44,405 bases of DNA, from positions 37,463,385 through 37,507,789 of the forward strand of contig NC_068984.1 in NCBI RefSeq assembly GCF_001194135.2, given 5' to 3'. Both the position numbers and the translations under genes were made by a program. The number at the start of each line of letters is the position of its first letter. Positions within the stretch are counted from its first letter, which is position 1. The notes beneath the pieces are model-generated. The model made no database searches. It had not been told where the DNA came from and saw only the letters and a program-made list of their open reading frames with translations. The DNA is from Octopus bimaculoides. Its lineage: Eukaryota. Below, one piece after another: positions 35,277-44,405 of this stretch.

Positions 35277-38200
35277 TATATACAAACATGTCTTCATATT
35301 ATCTGTATATACATATATATATANNNNNNNNNNNNNNNNNNNNNNNNNNNNNNNNNNNNNNNNNNNNNNNNNNNNNNNNNNNNNNNNNNNNNNNNNNNNN
35401 NNNNNNNNNNNNNNNNNNNNNNNNNNNNNNNNNNNNNNNNNNNNNNNNNNNNNNNNNNNNNNNNNNNNNNNNNNNNNNNNNNNNNNNNNNNNNNNNNNNN
35501 NNNNNNNNNNNNNNNNNNNNNNNNNNNNNNNNNNNNNNNNNNNNNNNNNNNNNNNNNNNNNNNNNNNNNNNNNNNNNNNNNNNNNNNNNNNNNNNNNNNN
35601 NNNNNNNNNNNNNNNNNNNNNNNNNNNNNNNNNNNNNNNNNNNNNNNNNNNNNNNNNNNNNNNNNNNNNNNTTGATATTTTGAAAAATTGTTTAATTGTA
35701 ATACCAAATATTTTTTTAAACTTCATCAAAGGAAATCATCCACTTCGTTTACTTAACTCGTTCTTTCTATACACACATTCTTTCATTACCTACTCTCATT
35801 GTATGTATGTTTATATACATAGATACACACACACAGACTTACACGCACACATACATATATATCGTTATATATACATAGATATATGTATAGGGGAATTAAC
35901 GTATCTGTGTGTGTATGTGTGTGTGCGTGCGTGCGTGCGTGCGTGCGTGTGTGTGTGTATACGTATGTATGGTTACTGTATTTGGAAGTGTTAGTATGAA
36001 GAGTAAAGCGTACTCAATATTTCCATTTGAGTAAATGTATTTATTCATATCCAAATTGAATAGCCTTCCATTACTTGCAATTTCATCCCGTAGATGCTTT
36101 TATTAGCAAGCTCATCAAGGAATAATTAGAAATATTCTCATAAATTTGTCGTTGATATTTAGTGCTATGAAAGGGCCTGCCTTATACTTATGGTGCTCAT
36201 TATTTTGTTAAATCTGGTTGAACAATCAGACTCATATCCTCAACAGATGTGTCCTTGGCGTTAAGTGTTAAGAAAGCCTGTTGCATACTTCCAGCACATT
36301 CTTTTGGTTACATTTACTACATTAATCACGCTCTATTTTCTTGTTAGATTTGTTTTTGTGACGGGATTTTGATATTATTTCCATTCTGTATCAGACTCTA
36401 TTCTATGGTATTTCTTTTCAGTTTATAGTTGCTATTTCTTGTCTGCATTTATGTAACTCATTCTCCCTTCGATTTGCCACACATATCTGGATAAGGCTAA
36501 AAGTAAATTAGTCCTAATTGATAATCACTTGCCAGCCGTCTATGTGCGTCACACATTACTTAAATTATAGCCATCAAGTTAGTTACAGTGTGCGAAAAAT
36601 GTCGATAAAATAACAACGAATAAACTTCGTTGATGCAGTCAAAACAATATGCAAAAACCAGAATGTAACAACCGATCATGTTTTCTTGATAGAAAATGTT
36701 TAAGAAAGAATTATCTACGAACTGGAAGTCATACCTCAGAAAAGATATGTAGATACAAAGTAATTTTACGTTTTTATGAACAAAGGTACTTTTAACGCCT
36801 GTTTCCTCAACCTTAAAAATAAATGAAAGAAATTAAATTTAACTCATACTTATAATCTCGCGAAACGTTAAAAAGGTGGCATACAAAGATGTGAGTAGTG
36901 GAATAAAATGTCATATAAAAACAATGCGAGGGGTGAAAGATGTTATTCAATAATATCGAGTTTAAAACTTTATAAAAAAATATAAATAATTTAATAGAAT
37001 ATAATGAAATACAAAATAAGTAAAGAGGAGATTCAACTTTATAAGTGTCAGCCACAAACTAGTGGGAAACTTTCTGAGCTTGATTATACACACTCACAAT
37101 TTCCTTCAAATAGTGTATAAGGTTAAGAGGGATTCTAGAGCCCAGAACCCCCTTAATAATTTCTTAGGTCAGAGTTGCTTGACTTGTAACAGTATATAAA
37201 TAACAAAAGCATTCTTCAATAACCGAGTTTGTCAATCGTTTTTATAATTGGACCCCTGTCTTCTTTAACAAGTATCTCATCTAGAAAGTCTTTGCCTATT
37301 TCATGAGTCTTGCATCAGACTTTTGTTGTTCGTATAAAAGACAGTGATTTTTTTTAAGGAGATGGGTTCGCCTCACATGATATGGGCACCTTTTTACCGG
37401 AGATATACTCTTCGTCAGCCGGGTGGAGTTTTTCTTTTTTTTTCTTTTATTTTGTCGGAAGTGGTTTCATGTGTGCGATGAAATCCTTCTCATACTTCCG
37501 AATTGCTTTTATGTTTTCTTTGTTTTGTGTGATTTTAAATTTCATTATATTCTTATCTCTTGCAAATGTTTGACCGAATTCTTGAAACAGTGTTTCATTA
37601 TCTACTTCTTTTGAAATCCACAAATGCAGTTGATACCCATTCTTCCCTTACTTCTGTTTTTCACTGTTGCTACTGCTTATGGCCAGAAGACTGGATCCTT
37701 TACCCTCTTGGTTAACTCCTAGAAATTATCGTGAGGGGATCTCCCTAAGCGTATCAGAGTTTCACCTTGTGTTGAGAAGTAATAGCCTTCGTGATCTACT
37801 GCTACCATTACTATTTTCTTCTTTTTAGCTCTTTTGAACAGAAATCCTTTGCATTACTTCTACCACTAGAATAGTAGATGGGCTTCCTACCCAGTGCGAC
37901 TGTGCAACTATCTTAGCTCGTTTTCTCTCTCTCTCTATCCTCAGTTTTATTAACAATTCATACCGTGTTATATGCTCACTCTTTCCTGGCGAAGATTTCC
38001 CTCCATATATTTGTGAGAACTGCCTGCGATTGCTCTATAGAAGACACAAGGAGTTCCTATGATATATTCCCTCATGCCTGGCAATAGCCTTTGACAGAAG
38101 AGCAACCAATCTAAAGACATTATGTAACCTACTGTCTTTCTCCCAGTAAAATGGTTCGTATCAATAATTCTTTTATTTAACAGGATGCTTTTGAACGTTA

Positions 38201-38304
38201 GGATTTGGCATATATTCGAAATCCTTTTTATTTTTCGATTTCCTCAAATATTTTGACGTTCTAATAATTTTATCATATCACCTTATTACTACTTCGATTG
38301 TCCA

Positions 38305-38518
38305 AGGCAGTGAACTGGTACAACCGTTAGCATGCAACACAAAATGCTTAGCGGCATTTCGTACGTCTTTATATTCTGAGTCCAGATGCTTCCGAGATCT
38401 ACTTTGTCTTTCATCCTTTTGGGGACGATAAAATAAGTACAATTCAAGTACTGGGGTCGATGAAATCGACTAGGCCCTTGCCCCAAAAGTCCTTGCGCCT
38501 ATAATAGAAAGGATAATT
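38305..38518 (+). mobile_element. tRNA-derived SINE (family A) with (TAT)n tail
   Basis: Head GGCAGTGAACTGG..CCGTTAGC, body AAATGCTTAGCGGCATTTCG..GATAAAATAAGTAC..CTGGGGTCGATG, followed by (TAT)n to about 38585. Confidence 0.8.
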
Positions 38519-38525
38519 ATTATTA

Positions 38526-38587
<62 letters not shown>

Positions 38588-38984
38588 CTGTTACTGTCTT
38601 TGTTGCTACTGTATTCTCTGATCCAACAAGAGAGGTTCTATACGTTTACTCGACCTGTTAGAAGTAGCAGCTAAATCTTTCTTAATCTCACGCAGTTGTC
38701 TTCAAAATGATTCACAACACTAAATTTGCGGGATAGTCGCGGATTCGGCGCCTTTAATCTCAGCGCCTAGATCAAGGCTGACCTGATTCTAAGAAGCAAA
38801 AGAGAAAGAAACCAAGATAATACAAATATTATTCTAACATTATTTTACAACATGACTAAATAAAGGTTAAGCGAATAAATATGCTTGAAACCTAGCAAGA
38901 ACTTCCAACTGTTTTTAAAGTGAAAGCCACTAAATCTTCCAGCACCCTGTCTCTATACACAAAAACAAGTTGATTATCTTTTAC

Positions 38985-39300
38985 TTGTTACTTGTGTCAG
39001 TCATTCGCCTACGGCCATGCTGATGCACGCTATCTTGAAGGATTTTAGTCTCATGAGCCGACAAAGTACTTATTATTTTAAAACCTGGTACTTCTTCAAT
39101 CGGTCACTTTGCCCAACCGCTAAGTTACGGGAACGTTAACACAACAACATGGTTGTCAAGCAATGGCGTGGGACAAGCATTCATAAAAACACAGGTGCAT
39201 ACATACATACATAGATACATACATACATACATACATACATACATACATTCCACTCACAAGGCTTTGGTCAACCAGAAGTCATAGTAGAAGACAAGCTTCT
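38985..39300 (-). mobile_element. SINE family B, 5'-truncated copy with both halves joined by (TATG)n
   Basis: Reverse complement of both 13650-13680 (GACCAA..CTTGTGAGTG) and 1480-1690 (CCGTAACTTAGCGGTT). Confidence 0.75.
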
Positions 39301-39419
39301 TACCACATAGTCACATCTGCACCGTAGATAGAACGTTAACATAAATTCTTTGTTCGGTTACTTACGCTTCAGTTCTACTGAAGCACAGGAAATGAGAATA
39401 ACAACCACACCAGAAAGAC

Positions 39420-39479
39420 AGGTAGGTAGGTAGGTAGGTAGGTAGGTAGGTAGGTAGGTAGGTAGGTAGGTAGATAGAA

Positions 39480-39521
<42 letters not shown>

Positions 39522-39612
39522 AGAGAGAGAGAGAAGGAGAGAGAGAGAGAGAAGGAGAGAGAGAGAGAAGGAGAGAGAGAGAAAAGGAGAGAGAGAGAGA
39601 AGGAGAGAGAGA
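39420..39612. repeat. (GTAG)n followed by (GA)n / GAGAAGGA polypurine tract
   Basis: Read directly from the sequence. Confidence 0.9.
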
Positions 39613-42600
39613 TAAATTATTTGCTGTTGTGTATAGAAAGTATCTTGCATAATTTAGACATTCTAACCAGTATGGCTTCGTGTTCAGCTATTTTATAATA
39701 ACTGACTCTGGATGAATCAATTACCGAAGTATATTGAAAATATCTTGGATAACGTATCCATTCTAACTAATGTGGCTTCGCAACCAACAATACTTACACA
39801 CCAACATGCACACATACACACATTCATACATACATACATACATACATACATACATACATGCATACAAACATGCATACAAACATGCATACATAGATACATA
39901 CATGCATACATACATACATACATACATACATCGTAGCTTTATTTTTTAAATAACATAATGGAAATTATTGCCTTTCGTTAAATGAAAACAAAAATTCTAT
40001 GATCTGACCAGAGGCTTTTGCCTGACAGATAAATGCGAAATATTCTGTGATGCTTTGTTTTTGTCATTGTTCCTTAATTTGACTCAGAACAAACATGGCA
40101 GTAGTTCGCTGACGAAAGCTTTCCATTAGTTCTATGGAAATGCTCTGCATTATTAGATAGCACGCTGAGCAGCAGTGCACTAACAAGATTTTTAATGGAA
40201 TTAGTATGTTTTGCTCGTTAGTACAGTCAAACGAATCCCTTTGTTTGTATACAGGGCGATAAGTACTGCGTTGCAGTAAATGTTCCCTGCTCCAAGCAGC
40301 GAATTAAAAATTTGTGAAGTTTAGTGTTCAATGCAGTCTCCATAATTTCAGATCTCAAACTGAAATGTTGTCTGATTCTCAAGATTCTCAAGCTTTTCAA
40401 TTCTTTCTTTTCAGTGGTTTGTGAATTTACTATTCACTTTAATACGGAATGTAAATGTTTTCATCAAATTGACAAATGTGACATACCTTCCTCCTCGCCA
40501 TCTGCTTCAGGCATTAATCCAGAATCAGTATCACAAAATAGCTAGTAAGGAAGCCATATTAGTTAGAACGTCTAAATTATGCAAGATGTTTCCAATACAC
40601 TACGTCAAATCATCTCTCATATGATCACATGCAGCTGAGTTACCACTATATATGTTAATGTATGTCTAAGAAAATATGTATTTGCAGTTGTATGCGTATG
40701 TGTGTGTATGTACAGGGTTGCTTGCCTGCGTGTACATATGTGGAGTAAATGGGAGAACAAATGAAAGCATACACACTTATTCGGATGAAGAAAAATTACT
40801 AAACGAAGATCGGGTATGGCTATGGGGTATATATCCGCATGCAAGTATATTTGCCTTTCTATGTGTTTATTTGTGTATAGCCATGCGTATGTGTTAGGAT
40901 CATTTTTCTTTGAATTCATGAAATTTCAAGAATTATAAAACATATTCTCAGAATTCAATGACACAATCATAAGAGCGTGAAATAAACTGTTCAACTATCA
41001 TATTGTTTCTTTATTGAACTTTTTTGATTGAAAACGAAAACAAAGAATAAACATTTATCATTTAATTTGAAGATTTCTAAAAGGAATAGAAGGAATTTTT
41101 GAGATTCAGATTCATTCAATAAATATTTGAGTTTGTCTTTTTATATTTTTATTTATTTTATTCTTTGCCTTTTTTATGTCATTTTCGCATTAATTTTCTT
41201 TTATCTTCTCACATATCTGGTTATTTTGCTCAATTTCGCTTTTCCCTGTTTATGTAATCTCTTCCTTCAGAATCCCTATAGAATGTCTTATTTTCCGTTT
41301 TCTTTTTACTCTGTTTTATTTTCTGTTATCCATGTTTACTCCACTCCACTATGTTAGTATTTTTTATTGCAAATATTTTTAGCTTATTTTCCAACTTTTT
41401 CCTTCGTCCTTTCTTTCACACTATGTTAGAATATACTGCAATAGCTCATATCAGTTCGCTTGCCAGTGTCACCACGGCAAGCGTCTTTCTTAAACACGAA
41501 GAAATAAACATGGCAAATCCTCATTACTTGCTGTCATTTTTACAGATAGAGCGCTGGGAATAGCTCGCCCTGTCCACCAGAAGATCCAACTTGGTTCGAT
41601 ATGGACGCCATCACATTCTTATTTGCCTGTCAGTTTTCAGTAGTAAGATAGGATTTCAATAGCGTAAGCCACGGCAGGCTGAAGTTGATATGATCAAGTT
41701 TTTTTTCTGCCCTGAGAATTCTATATATCAGATCGAATTTTACCAATCATCCGTATTGTTAGTTATTTTTCTTTTATTTTTAAATTTTTTTAAAACTCCT
41801 TACATGACATATATAGACAAAAAGATCGATAGATAGGTAGATATCAAGGATGCGTATCGGTATAGAGAGTTTATGTAACAGAGAGAGCTTGTTTATATGT
41901 GTCTGTATGCGGAGATAGAGAAAGAGTTCATATAGCTAAAGCAAAAATGCTGTATGTATGCATGTATGTATTACAAACCTTACATATTAAACATGTAACA
42001 GTTACAGAAATTCTAACACCTGAATATTGTTCAATTACAGAAATTTATATATTCTCACTCTCACTCTGTCATTCTCTCTCTCTTCCTTTCTCACGTGCAT
42101 GCACACACACATACACACACGAAAACTCGTACTGAAATGTTTCTGTGTATAGGATTTCTAAGTAAAAACATATGTATGTGTGTTTGTGTATGCAAGTATG
42201 TGTGTATGTGTGCGTGTATACGTGTATACACGTGTGGTTAGCTGATTGTCAGTCAAAGTTAAGAATAGCATAAGATCAGGAAATTTTTGTACAAAAGAGT
42301 AAAGCACATCTGTGTAATTGTGAATACCTTCTGCCCTAACAGTTGCAAAAATAGATGTTCCACAGCTAAGCTGAATTGATTTGTATAACAGAATTAATTT
42401 TTTTCTCTGTTTTTTAGTTTCGATGTAATCTTAAATGATTTCCATTGAGTTCCTTACATGCTGCTTCCATCCTTGTCCTATCATTGCCAGATTCCTTCGA
42501 AGTTAAAATTATGTTACAAACAGTTACGACGTGATTTGATTGACACTCCACCACCCACTCTGCGCGTAATTTATACAATGGAAGATAGATCACCTTCGAT

Positions 42601-43558
42601 AGATGAACCAGCAAGGGAGCTACTACGTGGAATTTCAATCTGCTAGAAATATCTACCATATCTCTTTAAATCACTTCCGTCCAACTGTTACTAAAAAAGA
42701 AACGTAATGAATAATAAAGACTTAGATGTACTACCACTGAACAAAGGACGTGATTGACACAGTTGCAATGTATTAGATCAGATGCCTCCTCGATCAGGTT
42801 TAAATTCGATCTGAACAACAATATGAAGGCGATAACGATTATGAGAATTAAGGCCAAATCTCTCTTAGATAACGTATTTAAAGAAAGAGAAACTTATTTA
42901 ATGTAATCCTAAATAGACAATGCATGAAAAAAAATGGAAAGGACGGTTACAGCTGGAACTTCTTTGGCCACATGTTAACCTGGCGATTGGGGAGGATTTG
43001 AAAGAAACAACAACGATAGCCTTGAAAAGAGTCTCTACTTATAGCCAACCGTACTTATAACCAAACAGGTTTCCAGGCCATCAAAACTACTTCCAACAAA
43101 TAATGTTTCAATGCATGGCTTTTCTTCCAGCTTTACTTTGTTTCAAAATTACTTATTGTATTCTCTCATTTCACCAGCGTCTTTCAGTAGAGATAACATT
43201 GTTTATTACAGTGGGTGTAAAATTCTGCAGAATACCTCAAAGGTAAGTGTAGAAAAAAACACTTTTTAACATTTGCTTTGTTTACAGATTGCAGTCATTT
43301 TAGAGCTGCCATGCTGTGACACTAACAGTAAGGAATTTTAGCGAACTATATTGATATTCGGTACTTTATTACGTATTTCAGAGTGTACTCTAATTGACGA
43401 AGCGGGAAATTGGTATAAAGGGAGACAATTCAGTCGAAATAAATAGCCTGATGTATTTATATGAACTGTTTACTTACATACACAAACATACACATATTAT
43501 ATTATATTATTTACATAGAAACACACATATATATAAATATACATACATACATACATAC

Positions 43559-43635
<77 letters not shown>

Positions 43636-44116
43636 CGTGTGTATCACGTAAGGCTAGAGATTGGAGCGATGACCTCTCCTCGCAAATACTAATCGGACAC
43701 AGAATGTGTGTCGTTAGCCAGCTAAAGGGATGTCTTCCTGGGGCTATAAACGTCAGTAGCACTGTCCGTATAGGACGCCACACTTGATTGGTAATTATAT
43801 GTTACGATTCCGTATTGCTACTGTTTATGGCTCGCTCAGAGATTTAATATAGTTTATTTCTCCTTTTTCGAGATCAGCGACTATTTTTGCGAGTGGAGAG
43901 TTTTCATCACTAGCTGGTGGTTAACACACGCTGAGGATCACCCAGAAACTCGTGTGTATCACGTAAGGCTAGAGATGGGAGCGATGACCTCCCCTCACAA
44001 ATACTAATCGGACACAGAATGTAGGTCGTTAACCAGCTGGAAGAGATGTTTTCCTTGGTCTATAAACGTCAGTAGCACTGTCCCGTATAGGACGCCACAC
44101 TTGGTTGGCAATTATA
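43636..44116 (+). repeat. About 163-bp imperfect direct repeat, 2 copies (43636-43798 and 43951-44116), with a 152-bp spacer
   Basis: Both copies begin CGTGTGTATCACGTAAGGCTAGAGAT and end GACGCCACACTTG.TTGG.AATTATA. Confidence 0.9.
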
Positions 44117-44137
44117 CATATATATATATATATATAT

Positions 44138-44370
44138 GGGAGAATATACAAATAATAACAACAGACGAGGACAGGTGGTGTAAATAACAAAAGTATATAT
44201 TAGTATGACGCTCGGGAATACGGAAAGTCTTTGACGTTTCGAGCTACGCTCTTCAACAGAAAGAATACGGAGACAAGGAGAAAAACACGGAGAAAAAAAA
44301 TTGGATAGTGTTCAGTCAACGGTCAATCATAATAATGGCCGATCATAACAATGGCTGACCGGAAGTTAGA
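44138..44370 (-). mobile_element. Repeat family 2 carrying a hammerhead-like motif
   Basis: Homologous to 11020-11156. In element orientation it ends directly in a (TA)n run at 44117-44137. Confidence 0.7.
44228..44264 (-). ncRNA. Minimal type I hammerhead-like motif (family 2, CUGUUGA core, GUC triplet)
   Basis: Minus strand reads UCUUU-CUGUUGA-A-GAGC(GUA)GCUC-GAAAC-GUC-AAAGA. Confidence 0.65.
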
Positions 44371-44405
44371 AATTCTTATTTCAGGAGAGCTAAGAAAGGG
44401 GGAGA

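Noticed and set aside
36250-38130. Scattered retroelement-like peptides on the minus strand (LSRYVWQIE; STAFVDFK)
   Set aside because: Probably ancient PLE/LINE debris, but too fragmentary to delimit or assign.
41546-41645. DRALGIARPVHQKI, reminiscent of a GPCR DRY region after a good acceptor
   Set aside because: No following transmembrane segment, an early stop and no supporting exons.
97-44116. Dozens of ORFs rich in CV, HT, YI, poly-L/R/N/V or X in the ORF track
   Set aside because: They are translations of microsatellites and N gaps, with no domain-like composition.

Overview
AT-rich, microsatellite-dense eukaryotic DNA with many assembly gaps. The repeat content (tRNA-derived SINEs with TG/TATG linkers, Penelope-like elements, L1/Tx1, CR1, Tc1/mariner relics) suggests a cephalopod, probably an octopus (inference). 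No host protein-coding gene can be supported, and most of the supplied ORFs are microsatellite or N-gap artefacts. The main result is a Penelope-like element (PLE) whose 3' terminal repeat contains a tRNA-type Pol III promoter (A and B boxes) followed by a minimal type I hammerhead ribozyme. This unit occurs twice: attached to a GIY-YIG endonuclease ORF (5214-6850, with TSD and inverted tail), and as a solo 326-bp insertion with a 12-bp TSD (4222-4547), i.e. a candidate Pol III-driven, PLE-mobilised retrozyme/SINE. A second, unrelated repeat family (near 11020-11156 and 44138-44370) carries a minimal hammerhead fold with a non-canonical CUGUUGA core. All family assignments come from motif recognition by eye, not from database searches.
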